From Buchnera aphidicola (Mindarus japonicus) (GTDB taxonomy: Bacteria > Pseudomonadota > Gammaproteobacteria > Enterobacterales > Enterobacteriaceae), in NCBI RefSeq assembly GCF_039393905.1, contig NZ_CP135030.1, positions 1-32,000 on the forward strand: a stretch of DNA of 32,000 bases, read 5' to 3'. The stretch's first letter is position 1, and each line of letters begins with the position of its first letter. Positions 1-16,435 of this stretch are shown here, piece after piece. The notes beneath the pieces are model-generated. The model was not told the origin of the DNA. It ran no database searches and was given only the letters and a program-made list of their open reading frames with translations. Position numbers and translations under genes: made by a program.

Positions 1-1872
1 TTGTTGTTGAAAACTTATGAAGTTATTGTTATTGGAGGTGGCCATTCGGGAGTTGAAGCATCTGCAGCGGCTGCTAGAATGGGTAAAAAAACTTTATTAA
101 TTACACAAAATAAAAATTCTATTGGATTTTTATCCTGTAACCCAGCTATTGGGGGTATTGGGAAAGGGCACTTAGTTAAAGAAATAGATGCATTAGGAGG
201 ATTGATAGCAAAAATTACAGATAAATCTGGAATACAATTTAGAATTCTTAATTCAAGAAAAGGTCCAGCAGTTCGAGCTACAAGAGCTCAAGTAGATCGA
301 AATTTATATCAATTAGAAACTAAAAAATTTTTGCAAAATCAAAAAAATTTATTTATTATAGAAGGTGAAGTAACTAATATTTTAATTAAAAACAAAACTG
401 CTGTTGGAGTTAATGTAAATACTGAAAATATTTTTTATGGAAAATCTATTGTTTTAACTACTGGAACATTTTTAGGGGGAAAAATTTTTATCGGAAAAAA
501 ATGTTCCGAAGGTGGTCGGATAAATTCTTTTTCTTCTAAATTTTTAAGTGATAAATTAAAAGAATTTTCTTGTTTTTATGGAAGATTAAAAACTGGAACA
601 CCTCCTCGTTTAGATGCAAAATCAATAAATTTTTCAAATTTATTAGTTCAGAAAGGGGATAAACCAGTACCTTTTTTTTCTTTTATTCATAAAAATATTA
701 AACATCCTCAGCAGATATCTTGTCATATTACACATACAAATGAAAAAACACATTCGATAATTCGATCAAATATTTCAGAAAGCCCAATGTATAATGGATC
801 GATTAAAAGTATAGGACCACAATATTGTCCATCTATTGAAGATAAAGTAGTTAGATTTTCTCATAGAACTAAGCATCAAATATTTTTAGAACCTGAGGAT
901 TTATCAAAATCTACTATTTATCCTAATGGAATTTCTACCAGCTTTCCTTTATCCATTCAGAAAAAAATTATTTCTTCAATATGCGGATTAGAAAATGCAA
1001 AGATTTTGGTTCCCGGATATGCAGTTGAATATGATTTTTTTGATCCTAGAAATTTAAAACTTACTTTAGAAAGTAAAGTAGTTCATGGTTTATTCTTTGC
1101 AGGGCAAATAAATGGAACAACTGGATATGAAGAAGCAGCTGCTCAAGGATTATTAGCAGGATTAAATGCAGCATTATATTCTTCTGATTTAAAAGGTTGG
1201 TTTCCTAGAAGAGATCAAGCATATTTAGGGGTGTTAGTAGATGATCTTTGTACTAAAGGAGTTGTAGAACCTTATAGAATGTTTACATCTCGTGCAGAGT
1301 ATAGATTACTGTTAAGAGAAGATAATGCTGATGTAAGATTAACAAAAATCGGAAAAAAATTAGGATTAATCGATTCTTTTCGCTGGAAAAAATATAATGA
1401 AAAGTTATTGTTAATTGATTCTGAAAAAAAACGTTTAAAAAAAATTATCGTTAATTTAGACTCTAATGAGTCTTCTAATTTAGAAATGATTTTAAATAAA
1501 AAGTTAAGAAAAAATAGCACAGGTATAGATTTATTGAAAAGACAAGAGATAAGTTATGAGTTATTAACTTCTTTAAAATGCTTTTCTCCAGGTATAAAAA
1601 ACAAGCAAGCTTCAGAACAAATCGAAATTCAACTTAAATATGAAGGTTATATTAAACGTCAAACAGAAGAGATTAATAATCAATTGTATTATGAAACCAT
1701 GTCTTTACCATTAAATTTAAATTACAAAAATATTTGTAGTCTTTCAAATGAAGTAATTGAAAAGTTAAATAGGTATAAACCAATGACGCTTGGTCAAGCA
1801 TCTAGAATTTCCGGAATAACACCTGCAGCAATATCTATTTTATTGATATATCTAAAAAAGAATAATATATAA
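1..1872 (+). CDS. mnmG: tRNA uridine 5-carboxymethylaminomethyl modification enzyme MnmG (GidA)
   Basis: 623-aa ORF. It has the N-terminal FAD-binding motif [13 protein letters not shown] and the [12 protein letters not shown] motif, and is colinear with E. coli MnmG. It begins with TTG at base 1, so the true start may lie at or beyond the window edge. Confidence 0.95.
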   Translation: MLLKTYEVIVIGGGHSGVEASAAAARMGKKTLLITQNKNSIGFLSCNPAIGGIGKGHLVKEIDALGGLIAKITDKSGIQFRILNSRKGPAVRATRAQVDRNLYQLETKKFLQNQKNLFIIEGEVTNILIKNKTAVGVNVNTENIFYGKSIVLTTGTFLGGKIFIGKKCSEGGRINSFSSKFLSDKLKEFSCFYGRLKTGTPPRLDAKSINFSNLLVQKGDKPVPFFSFIHKNIKHPQQISCHITHTNEKTHSIIRSNISESPMYNGSIKSIGPQYCPSIEDKVVRFSHRTKHQIFLEPEDLSKSTIYPNGISTSFPLSIQKKIISSICGLENAKILVPGYAVEYDFFDPRNLKLTLESKVVHGLFFAGQINGTTGYEEAAAQGLLAGLNAALYSSDLKGWFPRRDQAYLGVLVDDLCTKGVVEPYRMFTSRAEYRLLLREDNADVRLTKIGKKLGLIDSFRWKKYNEKLLLIDSEKKRLKKIIVNLDSNESSNLEMILNKKLRKNSTGIDLLKRQEISYELLTSLKCFSPGIKNKQASEQIEIQLKYEGYIKRQTEEINNQLYYETMSLPLNLNYKNICSLSNEVIEKLNRYKPMTLGQASRISGITPAAISILLIYLKKNNI

Positions 1873-2013
1873 AAAAAATAAAAAAAAAGTTTTATAAAAT
1901 AATTTTTTTTTAAATTTTTTTATAATTTTTAATATAAATATATAAGAAATGTGTATTTTATACAGATATAAATACAAATTTTATTTTTCTGAAATATATT
2001 TCATAAACATTAA

Positions 2014-2862
<849 letters not shown>

Positions 2863-2876
2863 AATTTTTACTTTAA

Positions 2877-3149
<273 letters not shown>

Positions 3150-3246
3150 ATAGTTGATATATTTTTTTAAATACATGTATTCGATAGTATATATTTTATT
3201 TGATAACTAAAATATTAGTTTTATAGAATATAAAAAGGAAAGTAAT

Positions 3247-3726
3247 GTGAACCTAAATGCAACGTTTTTGGGTCAAACGATTTCATTTATTTTTTTTGTT
3301 TGGTTTTGTATGAAATACATATGGCCTCCAATTATTAAAGTTATTGAAGAAAGAAAAAAAGAAATTGAAAATGGTTTAATTTATACAAAAGAAGCAAAAA
3401 AAAAGCTAGATTTAATGAATAAGAATGAAAAACAGGAAATTATTTTTGCGAGAAAAAAAGCAGAGATTATACTAAAAAAAGCATATGATGAACAAGTAAA
3501 AATTTTAGAACTTGCCAAAAAAAAAGCAGAAATAGAAAAAAATAAAATTATTGCTATGGCCGTTTTAAAAATAGAAATTAAACGAAAAAAAATTTTTGAA
3601 GAATTAAAAAATAATGTAGCTACATTAGCTATTTCTATAGCGGAAAAAATTATCCTTCAGTCTATTGATAGATCAGAAGGTAATAATATTACAAAAAAAT
3701 ATATTTCAAATTTGAAAGGAGAATAA
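3247..3726 (+). CDS. atpF: F0F1 ATP synthase subunit b
   Basis: 159 aa with a GTG start after AAGGA. The N-terminus MNLNATFLGQTISFIFFVWFCMKYIWPP aligns residue for residue with E. coli AtpF. Confidence 0.92.
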   Translation: MNLNATFLGQTISFIFFVWFCMKYIWPPIIKVIEERKKEIENGLIYTKEAKKKLDLMNKNEKQEIIFARKKAEIILKKAYDEQVKILELAKKKAEIEKNKIIAMAVLKIEIKRKKIFEELKNNVATLAISIAEKIILQSIDRSEGNNITKKYISNLKGE

Positions 3727-3732
3727 TAATCT

Positions 3733-4266
3733 ATGATTAATGCGGATACAATTTCTCGTCCGTATGCAAAAGCTATTTTTAAACTTTCTATAGAAGAAAA
3801 TTGTATTAATTATTGGGAAAAAAAATTATTTTTTTTTTCCAAAATATCAGAATCAAAAGAAATTAAAAAAATTCTTTTAAGTAATTATTCTTATAAATAT
3901 ATAAATAAAGTGTTTATTACTGCTTATGGAAAAAAATTAAAAAAAAATGAAGAAAAATTAATTTATTTGTTAGCGTTTAATAAACGTTTGATTTATTTAA
4001 AAAATATTTTTTCTTTCTTTTTAAAATATAAAAATAAATACGAAAAAAAGCTTTATGTTAGCATTATTTCTTCAAAAAAATTATCCAACTCTGATATTAG
4101 TCAGATTTCAAATATTTTAAGAATAAAATTTTCTAAAAATATTATTATAAATACGGTTATAAATATGTCCATTATAGGAGGTTTAATAATTAAAATTAAC
4201 GACATCATTATTGATGGTTCTATCTGCACTCATTTAAAACAATTAAAAAGCATTTTACGTGCTTAA
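3733..4266 (+). CDS. atpH: F0F1 ATP synthase subunit delta
   Basis: 177 aa lying between atpF and atpA. The N-terminal TISRPYAKAIF matches the conserved delta-subunit start (E. coli TVARPYAKAAF). Confidence 0.85.
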   Translation: MINADTISRPYAKAIFKLSIEENCINYWEKKLFFFSKISESKEIKKILLSNYSYKYINKVFITAYGKKLKKNEEKLIYLLAFNKRLIYLKNIFSFFLKYKNKYEKKLYVSIISSKKLSNSDISQISNILRIKFSKNIIINTVINMSIIGGLIIKINDIIIDGSICTHLKQLKSILRA

Positions 4267-4287
4267 TATTTGAGAGAAAAATAGTAT

Positions 4288-5835
4288 ATGGAATTAAATT
4301 CTACTGAAATTAGCGAATTAATTAAAACAAGAATTGCTAATTTTAAAATTTGCAATATTACTGAAAATGAAGGAACGATAATTACGGTAAGCGATGGAAT
4401 AATTCAAATTTACGGACTTTCTAATGTTATGCAAGGAGAAATGATAAAAATATCTAATCAACAATATGCTATAGCTTTAAATTTAGAAAGAGACGTCGTA
4501 GGTGCTGTCGTATTAGGAGATTATTTAGAAATTACTGAAGGAATGAAAGTTAGAAGTATAGGAAAATCTTTAGAAGTTCCTGTAGGAAAAAATTTTTTAG
4601 GAAGAGTAGTTAACGCATTAGGAGATCCAATAGATGGAAAAGGAAAAATTATTTCTTCTTCTTTTTTACCTGTAGAAACTAATGCACCTGGAGTGATTGA
4701 TAGGGAATTTGTTAATGAACCCATACAGACAGGATATAAGGCAATAGATACTATGGTTCCTATTGGACGTGGACAAAGGGAATTAATTATTGGAGATAGA
4801 CAAACTGGAAAAACAACATTAGCAATAGATACAATTATTAATCAAAAAAACTCAGGAATTAAATGTATTTATGTAGCTATTGGGCAAAAATTTTCAACAA
4901 TTGTTAATGTTGTAAAAAAATTAGAAGAACAAGATGCATTACAAAATACTATCGTTATAGTAGCTTCTGCATCAGAAGCTCCTGCTTTGCAATATTTGGC
5001 TCCTTATTCAGGATGTGCAATGGGTGAATATTTCAGAAATAAAGGAGAAGATGCATTAATTGTTTATGATGATCTTTCGAAACATGCAGTTGCTTACCGA
5101 CAAATTTCTTTATTGTTAAAACGTCCTCCTGGTAGGGAAGCATTTCCAGGAGATATATTTTATTTGCATTCAAGATTATTAGAAAGATCGGCCCGTGTTA
5201 ACGTTAATTTTATAAAGAAAAAAACCTTAGGAAAGGTTAAAAATAAAACTGGTTCTTTAACAGCATTGCCTATTATTGAAACACAAGCGGGAGATGTTTC
5301 TTCATTTGTTCCTACAAATGTAATATCAATTACTGATGGACAAATTTTCTTGGAAACTAATTTATTTAATAATGGAATTAGACCTGCTGTTGATCCAGGA
5401 ATATCTGTTTCCAGAGTAGGTGGTTCTGCTCAAACAAAAATTATAAAAAAACTATCTTCTGGAATACGAACTGCATTGGCTCAGTACAGAGAATTATCTG
5501 CTTTTTCTCAGTTTTCATCAGATTTAGATGAAATTACTCGCAGTCAATTGTTATATGGACAAAAATTAACAGAATTATTAAAACAAAAACAAAATAAACC
5601 TATTTCTATTGCTGAACAAGCTTTAATTATTTTTTCAGCGGAATTTCATTATTTAGATGATGTTCCTTTAGAAAAGATTTCTTCTTTTGAAGAATCGTTA
5701 TTAGATTATTTTAATCGTTTTCATTCTAAACTAATAATTAAAATTAATAAAACCGGTGTTTATGATGAAAAAATAAAAAGTACATTTATAGATATAATTC
5801 AAAACTATAAATGTAAAAGAACTGATTTATTTTAA
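4288..5835 (+). CDS. atpA: F0F1 ATP synthase subunit alpha
   Basis: 515 aa with Walker A GDRQTGKT and strong colinear similarity to AtpA. Confidence 0.97.
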   Translation: MELNSTEISELIKTRIANFKICNITENEGTIITVSDGIIQIYGLSNVMQGEMIKISNQQYAIALNLERDVVGAVVLGDYLEITEGMKVRSIGKSLEVPVGKNFLGRVVNALGDPIDGKGKIISSSFLPVETNAPGVIDREFVNEPIQTGYKAIDTMVPIGRGQRELIIGDRQTGKTTLAIDTIINQKNSGIKCIYVAIGQKFSTIVNVVKKLEEQDALQNTIVIVASASEAPALQYLAPYSGCAMGEYFRNKGEDALIVYDDLSKHAVAYRQISLLLKRPPGREAFPGDIFYLHSRLLERSARVNVNFIKKKTLGKVKNKTGSLTALPIIETQAGDVSSFVPTNVISITDGQIFLETNLFNNGIRPAVDPGISVSRVGGSAQTKIIKKLSSGIRTALAQYRELSAFSQFSSDLDEITRSQLLYGQKLTELLKQKQNKPISIAEQALIIFSAEFHYLDDVPLEKISSFEESLLDYFNRFHSKLIIKINKTGVYDEKIKSTFIDIIQNYKCKRTDLF

Positions 5836-5868
5836 ATAATAATAATTATTGTTCATAGAGATTATTAC

Positions 5869-8161
<2,293 letters not shown>

Positions 8162-8193
8162 TTTTTTAAAAAAATAATCTTTGGATTTTTATT

Positions 8194-8616
8194 ATGGATT
8201 GTCAATTAGAAGTAGTGAATATTGAAAAAATAATTTTTTCTGGGTTGATCAAAAAAGTAAAAGTTTCCGGAATAGAAGGAAATTTATGTATTTATCCTAA
8301 TCATGCTCAGTTATTGACTTTTATACAGCCGGGTTTATTATCGATTACTGATATAAAGGAAAAAATAGAAAATTTATATATATCAGGAGGAATTTTAGAA
8401 ATTCAACCAAAAAAAATATCTATTTTAGCAGACTCTGTAATTAGAGTGATTGATTTAGATCGTCAACATATACTAAAAAACAAAAAAGAGTTACAAAAAA
8501 ATATTAGCAATAACGTTGTTTTAGAACAACAATCGAAAATCATTAAAAAATTGTCAGAAGAAATAGCTAAATTAAAAGTAATTGAAATGATGGAAAAACC
8601 TAAAAATAGAAATTAA
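8194..8616 (+). CDS. atpC: F0F1 ATP synthase subunit epsilon
   Basis: 140 aa. It is the last gene of the atp cluster, with the size and N-terminal beta-sandwich region expected of epsilon. Confidence 0.88.
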   Translation: MDCQLEVVNIEKIIFSGLIKKVKVSGIEGNLCIYPNHAQLLTFIQPGLLSITDIKEKIENLYISGGILEIQPKKISILADSVIRVIDLDRQHILKNKKELQKNISNNVVLEQQSKIIKKLSEEIAKLKVIEMMEKPKNRN

Positions 8617-8625
8617 AAAATATTT

Positions 8626-8650
8626 CGGCAGGTTTTTCCTGCCGTTGTTT
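8626..8650. terminator. Hairpin terminator between convergent atpC and gyrB
   Basis: CGGCAGG (8626-8632) pairs with CCTGCCG (8638-8644) across a TTTTT loop. This is a GC-rich stem in otherwise AT-only DNA, followed by TTGTTT. Confidence 0.7.
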
Positions 8651-8667
8651 AAAATAAATAATTTATA

Positions 8668-11130
<2,463 letters not shown>

Positions 11131-11217
11131 TTAGTATAAAAATTTTTTAATAAAAATATAAATTAATTTAATTAAGTATTTTAAATAATATAAGTTTTAT
11201 TTTTTTAAATATAAATA

Positions 11218-12330
11218 TTATAGACGTAATGGCATAATTATATAGTGAATAGAGAACTCATCTTTTTCTTTAATTTGAACACTAGTAATTGGATTAGAAA
11301 ATAAAAGAGAAATATATTTCTTTTCTATAACATTTAAGATGTCTATTAAAAAATTAATATTAATAGATATTTTTATGTCTTCTTGTTGATAGTCAGTATT
11401 TATTATAGCTTTTGCTAATTCATCTTTTTGATTAGTAGTTATTAACTTTATCTTTTTATATGAAATGTAAAAAGTTACACTAGAAAGTCTTTCGTGAGAC
11501 AATATTGAAACTCTAGAAAGAGCTTCTTTTAATTCAATTGTATTAACATTAACTGAAGTATTATTTTTTGTAAGCAATATGTTTTTGTAACTTGGAAAAC
11601 TTCCTTCAATTATTTTAGTTATGAATGTTATTTCTTCTAGTTTTATTAAAACATTTTTTTTTCCAATAAAAATTATTAGTTTTGAATCTAGATTATCTAT
11701 TAAATGTATTAATTCTATTATTCCTTTTCGAGGAATAATTTTTGAAAATTTTACAGATTTTGGAATTTCTTCTATAATTACACTTGAAGCGATAGCCATA
11801 CGATATCCATCTGTAGCTATTACTTTGCATTTATTTTTATTAATTTTAAATAACACTCCATTTAAATAGTATCTAATATCTTGATTTCCCATACTAAAAT
11901 AAGTATAAAGTAACATTTTTTTAAATAATTTTTTAGAAATTGAAATTTTTGATATACATGTAAAATTCAAAATTTTGGGGAAATTTTCTACTGATGAAGT
12001 TGATAACATAAAAGAACAATTTTCAGTATTGATAAATAATTTCTTTTTTAATAGAGTAATATTTAATAATGTTTTTTTAGGAAGTTTTCTGCAAATATTT
12101 AATAGTTTTCTTCCTGAAACAAGAATCTCTCCCTTTTCAAAAACTTTAATCTCTTTAATTTTAATTGTAATTTCAATTTCTAAATTAGTTGCAGTTAACA
12201 AAAGAATATTTTCTTTGTTAATTTTTAATAAAACATTTGAAATAATTGGAAAAGATAAATTTTTAATTAATATTCCATTAATTTTTTGTATTGGTTTTAT
12301 TAAAAAATTTTGATATATAGAAAATTTCAT
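11218..12330 (-). CDS. dnaN: DNA polymerase III beta sliding clamp
   Basis: 370 aa starting 5 nt downstream of dnaA. The C-terminus ends MPLRL like E. coli DnaN (MPMRL), and the position in dnaA-dnaN-gyrB is conserved. Confidence 0.92.
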   Translation of the reverse strand: MKFSIYQNFLIKPIQKINGILIKNLSFPIISNVLLKINKENILLLTATNLEIEITIKIKEIKVFEKGEILVSGRKLLNICRKLPKKTLLNITLLKKKLFINTENCSFMLSTSSVENFPKILNFTCISKISISKKLFKKMLLYTYFSMGNQDIRYYLNGVLFKINKNKCKVIATDGYRMAIASSVIIEEIPKSVKFSKIIPRKGIIELIHLIDNLDSKLIIFIGKKNVLIKLEEITFITKIIEGSFPSYKNILLTKNNTSVNVNTIELKEALSRVSILSHERLSSVTFYISYKKIKLITTNQKDELAKAIINTDYQQEDIKISININFLIDILNVIEKKYISLLFSNPITSVQIKEKDEFSIHYIIMPLRL

Positions 12331-12335
12331 AATTA

Positions 12336-13698
12336 TTATGAAGATAATAGTTTAATTAAGTTAGAAAAGTCTTCTTTTATAGAATACGTATGTTTTTGAA
12401 GTTGATATATTTTTTTACAAGCATGTAATACAGTAGTATGATCTCTTCCTCCAAATGCTTCACCAATTTCTGGTAGACTATGATTTGTTAATTTTTTGGC
12501 AATCATCATTGCCATTTGTCTAGGTCTGGTAATAGACCGAGAACGTTTTCGAGATAAAATATCAGATATTTTTATCTTATAATATTTAGCAACTGTTTTT
12601 TGAATTTTTTCAATAGTTATAATTTTTTTTTGTAATTCAAAAATATGGCGTAAAGCATCTTTTGCAAAGTCAATTGTAATCATTTTACTGCTAAATTTTG
12701 CATTAGCAATGATGGTATTTAAAGCGCCTTCCAGTTCTCGAATATTAGATTTTAATTTTTTAGCTATAAAAAAAGCTACTTCATTTGGTAAATAAACATT
12801 TTTTTCTTCTGCTTTTTGCATAAGGATGGCTACTCTTGTTTCTAATTCTGGTGGTTCAATAGAAATTGTTAATCCCCAGCTAAACCTTGATTTTAGTCGA
12901 TCTTCTACTCCTATAATTTTCTTAGGGTAACGATCAGAAGTTAATATTATCTGTTGGTTTTTATCAAAAAGAGCATTAAAAGTATGAAAAAGTTCTTCTT
13001 GTGATCGTTCTTTATTTGCAAAAAATTGTATATCGTCAATTAATAATGTATTTACAGAACGATAATATGTTTTAAACTTTTCAATTTCATTGTTTTTTAA
13101 TGCTTTCACCATATTTTGAACAAAAGATTCTGAGTTCATATAAATTACTTTTGCATTATAAGAATTACTCAGAATGCTATTTCCTACAGCATGTAAAAGA
13201 TGTGTTTTACCTAATCCTGTTTTTCCATATAAAAAGAGGGGATTATATGACTTACCTGGATTTTTAGCAATTTGAAAAGCTGCAGCTCTTGCTAATTGAT
13301 TGGATTTACCTTCTATAAAATTTTTAAAACTATATTTACTATTAATTTTACATGTTTTAGAAAATGAATAAAAAGAAGAATAAATATCCCATTTTTTACG
13401 AATAAAAAAATTTTCTTTATTATTTATTTTTTTTTTTTAATTTTATGGTAACGTTTTTTTTAGTTATTTTAAAATTTAATATAGGAGAATTATTTTTACA
13501 AAGATTATTTAATAACTGATGCAAAATTTTTAAATATTTATCTTTTACCCAGTCTAGTACAAATCGGTTAGGAGCATGCAGTTCTAATATATTATTTTTT
13601 AATTTTGCTTTTAAAGGTCGTATCCACATACTAAATTCTGTAGGAGATAATTCTTCCTGTAATTGAATAAGACATTTTTTCCAAAGTAAAAGGCACAT
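12336..13698 (-). pseudogene. dnaA: Chromosomal replication initiator DnaA, interrupted by a frameshift in an A12 tract (possibly rescued by slippage, or a sequencing error)
   Basis: An N-terminal ORF (probable start at the ATG at 13698, [29 protein letters not shown], matching E. coli [28 protein letters not shown]) stops at 13420. The shifted frame is open from 13436 and encodes [17 protein letters not shown]...[22 protein letters not shown] (Walker A), continuing into the 267-aa ORF 12336-13139, which ends in the DNA-binding domain. The two frames join only if the homopolymer at 13427-13438 has 11 rather than 12 residues. Confidence 0.85.
13427..13438 (-). repeat. A12 homopolymer (T12 on the + strand) at the dnaA frameshift site
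   Basis: Counted directly: 12 consecutive T at 13427-13438. This is the longest homopolymer I found inside a coding region of this window. Confidence 0.95.
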
Positions 13699-14020
13699 AA
13701 GGTAAACTTCTCGCATGTAAGATACAATAAAAAGATATTTAAAATTGTAAAACATTTATAAAAAAATTTTTATTAATAAAATTTTTTTTGTAAAGATTTT
13801 TTTATATTTATTTTTAAAAAAAAGAAGAATATGTATTTTTAGATAAGTAAATTATTTTTTTATGTTAAAAAAATATTTTTTTTGCTAAAATTAATTAATT
13901 TAAAATTTATAAAAAGATAATTGACTCTGTATTTTATAATTATTATTCTTTAGTATGAAATACTTTAATCAGCATATAATATATGTTTATATCTATAATT
14001 TTAACAAGTAAGGATTAATA

Positions 14021-14167
14021 ATGAAAAGAACATTCCAACCATCTATTCTTAAACGTAATCGTTCTCATGGTTTTCGTTTTAGAATGAGCACAAAAAATGG
14101 TCGTCATATTTTATCACGTAGACGTTCTAAATTAAGAGTTCGTTTAACTATATCTTCTAGGTCATAA
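14021..14167 (+). CDS. rpmH: 50S ribosomal protein L34
   Basis: 48-aa ORF absent from the ORF track. The sequence [43 protein letters not shown] is nearly identical to E. coli L34, and the gene lies immediately upstream of rnpA. Confidence 0.95.
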   Translation: MKRTFQPSILKRNRSHGFRFRMSTKNGRHILSRRRSKLRVRLTISSRS

Positions 14168-14174
14168 AAAAAAA

Positions 14175-14522
14175 GTGATTAAATATTTATTTAAAAAAAA
14201 AATGAAATTATTAAATTCTTTTGAATTTGAAAATGTTTTTCGTAAACCTTTTCATAAAGTTGAAAATTCGAAAATAATAATATTTAGTTGTTCAAATTTT
14301 TCAGAAGTCCCTAGATTAGGAATTAGTATAGCACGGAAACAAATAAAACTATCTCATGAAAGAATTAGAATTAAAAGATTAATTAGAGAAACATTTCGTT
14401 TATCGCAATATAAATTAGTAAAAATGGATTTTGTTGTTATAGTAAAAAAAGAAGTTATGTTTTTTAAAAATAATTTATTAAATAAAATTTTAAGGAATTT
14501 ATGGTATCGTCATTATCAATAG
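14175..14522 (+). CDS. rnpA: RNase P protein component
   Basis: 115 aa with a GTG start. It carries the conserved RNR-type motif HERIRIKRLIRETFR (E. coli HERNRIKRLTRESFR), and the N-terminal length aligns with E. coli RnpA. Confidence 0.92.
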   Translation: MIKYLFKKKMKLLNSFEFENVFRKPFHKVENSKIIIFSCSNFSEVPRLGISIARKQIKLSHERIRIKRLIRETFRLSQYKLVKMDFVVIVKKEVMFFKNNLLNKILRNLWYRHYQ

Positions 14523-14773
14523 TCTCTCGAATTTCAATATATTTAATATATATTTATCAATATTTTATTAGTTATTTGATTTATCCATCATGTAGATTTT
14601 ATCCAACGTGTTCAGAATATGCTAAAATTTCAATATATCGATTCGGATTATTTAGATCTATTTTTTTGATCACAAAAAGAATTTGTAAATGTCATCCTTT
14701 ACATACTGGTGGTTTTGATAGTGTTCCAATTTATAATAAGGAAGTAAAAAAACATCATGGATCTACAACGTAA
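14501..14773 (+). CDS. yidD: Membrane protein insertion efficiency factor YidD
   Basis: 90 aa with CRFYPTCSEYAKISIYRFG and KCHPLHTGGFDSVP, matching the YidD signature. It overlaps the rnpA 3' end by 22 nt and the yidC start by 17 nt. Confidence 0.9.
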   Translation: MVSSLSIVSRISIYLIYIYQYFISYLIYPSCRFYPTCSEYAKISIYRFGLFRSIFLITKRICKCHPLHTGGFDSVPIYNKEVKKHHGSTT

Positions 14774-16346
14774 CTTTTTTATTTTTCTATTTTTTATTTT
14801 ATCATTTTTTCTTTGGAAGGAATATAAAAAAGAAACTTTCATTCAACCAGAAGTAAGTAAAGAGAAAATGCATGTATCTAATTTTATTAATTATAAAGAT
14901 GAAATTTCTAATAGTATTAGAATTAAAACAGATGTTTTATCTTTAAAAGTAAATATGAGAGGAGGAGATATAGTTCAAGCAAATTTAAATAATTATAAAA
15001 AAGATTTACATTCAAGAGAATCTTTTCAATTATTATATACTAAACCATCATTTTTATATCATGCTAAAAGTGGTTTAATAGGTAAAGATGGAATAGATAA
15101 CTTTAGTGTTAACGAACGACCTATATATCAATCGAATAAAAGAACATTTGAATTAGAAAAAGATAAAACGGAGTTAAGAGTTCCAATATGGTTTCTTTCA
15201 AAAAAAAACATTTTATATAAAAAAACGTTTGTTTTTAAGAAAGGAAAATACGATGTTTATATGGATTATGATATATTGAATTTAAGTAAAAAAAGAATAG
15301 AAATGCAATTACTTAATGAATTACAGCAAAATGCAAATATTCCAAAAACTCAGCAAAATAAATATAAGCAAAATTTAATGCTTCATACTTTTAGGGGAAC
15401 GGCTTATTCTTCTATTCAAAATAAGTTTAAAAAATATAAATTTGAAGATATTGTAAGTAATAAACAACTTAAATTAAAAACTAATAGTGGTTGGATAGCA
15501 ATGGTGCAACAGTATTTCAGCACTGCTTGGATACCTAAAGAAAAAGATATTATTGATTATATATATACTTTTAAATCAAAGAAAAATTTAGTCAACATAG
15601 CTTATATATCTAAAAAAATTTATGTTAATCCAAATACTCATAAAAAAATTAGTTCAATATTATGGATTGGTCCTGAAATTCAAGATCAGATGAGATTAGT
15701 CGCTCCTAATTTAGATTTAACTGTAGATTATGGTTGGTTATGGTTTATTTCTCAACCATTATTTCAATTATTGCGATGTCTACATTTTTTAGTTGGAAAT
15801 TGGGGAGTTTCTATTGTGTTAATTACATTAATTATTAAATTATTAATGTATCCTTTAACTAGAGCTCAATATAAATCTATGATAAGAATGAAAAAAGTAC
15901 AGCCTAAAATTGACATTATTAAGGAAAAATTTAGTAATGATAAAAAGAAATTAAGTCAAGAAATTATGAGGTTGTATCAAAAAGAAAAAATTAATCCTTT
16001 TGGAGGATGTTTTCCTGTATTGTTGCAAATGCCAATTTTTTTAGCTTTATATTATATGTTAACCTCTTCTATAGAATTAAGGCATGCTCCTTTTTTATTA
16101 TGGATTTTAGATTTGTCTTCTTACGATCCTTATTATATTTTACCTATATTAATGGGTTTATCTATGTTTTTAATTCAAAAAACATCTTTGAATGATATTT
16201 CAGATCCAATACAAAAAAAAATAATGTATCTAATGCCTTTTATATTTATTTTCTTTTTTTTATGGTTTCCTTCTGGATTAGTTCTTTACTATATTTCTAG
16301 TAATTTAATTACTATAATTCAACAAAAATTAATTTTTAATAATTGA
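14757..16346 (+). CDS. yidC: Membrane protein insertase YidC
   Basis: 529 aa with an N-terminal TM segment, a periplasmic domain and the conserved C-terminal core (GWLWFISQPLF, NWGVSIVLITLIIKLLMYPLT, GGCFPVLLQMPIFLALYYML). Confidence 0.95.
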   Translation: MDLQRNFFIFLFFILSFFLWKEYKKETFIQPEVSKEKMHVSNFINYKDEISNSIRIKTDVLSLKVNMRGGDIVQANLNNYKKDLHSRESFQLLYTKPSFLYHAKSGLIGKDGIDNFSVNERPIYQSNKRTFELEKDKTELRVPIWFLSKKNILYKKTFVFKKGKYDVYMDYDILNLSKKRIEMQLLNELQQNANIPKTQQNKYKQNLMLHTFRGTAYSSIQNKFKKYKFEDIVSNKQLKLKTNSGWIAMVQQYFSTAWIPKEKDIIDYIYTFKSKKNLVNIAYISKKIYVNPNTHKKISSILWIGPEIQDQMRLVAPNLDLTVDYGWLWFISQPLFQLLRCLHFLVGNWGVSIVLITLIIKLLMYPLTRAQYKSMIRMKKVQPKIDIIKEKFSNDKKKLSQEIMRLYQKEKINPFGGCFPVLLQMPIFLALYYMLTSSIELRHAPFLLWILDLSSYDPYYILPILMGLSMFLIQKTSLNDISDPIQKKIMYLMPFIFIFFFLWFPSGLVLYYISSNLITIIQQKLIFNN

Positions 16347-16435
16347 TTAAAAAATAAGAATTCAATTTCTTACTTAAAGAATAAGTATTATTTTTAATAA
16401 ATTTTATTTTTAAAAAAAAAATATTTTTTGAGAGA

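Noticed and set aside
11621-12313. Two + strand ORFs (82 and 112 aa) antisense to dnaN
   Set aside because: Both are embedded in dnaN on the opposite strand and are Phe/Ile/Asn-rich, as expected from reading AT-rich coding DNA backwards. Neither has an SD or any homology signal.
13921-13949. TTGACT (13921-13926) with TATAAT (13935-13940) as an rpmH promoter
   Set aside because: The spacing is only 8 nt, and the hexamer at proper 17-nt spacing (TATTCT) is weak. In DNA this AT-rich, -10-like hexamers occur by chance everywhere, so I make no call.
13756-14020. Possible oriC or DnaA boxes in the dnaA-rpmH spacer, and in the mnmG-atpB spacer (1873-2046)
   Set aside because: I found no TTATCCACA or TGTGGATAA-like 9-mers and no 13-mer AT-repeat architecture. 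In this gene order the origin is expected upstream of mnmG, outside the window.
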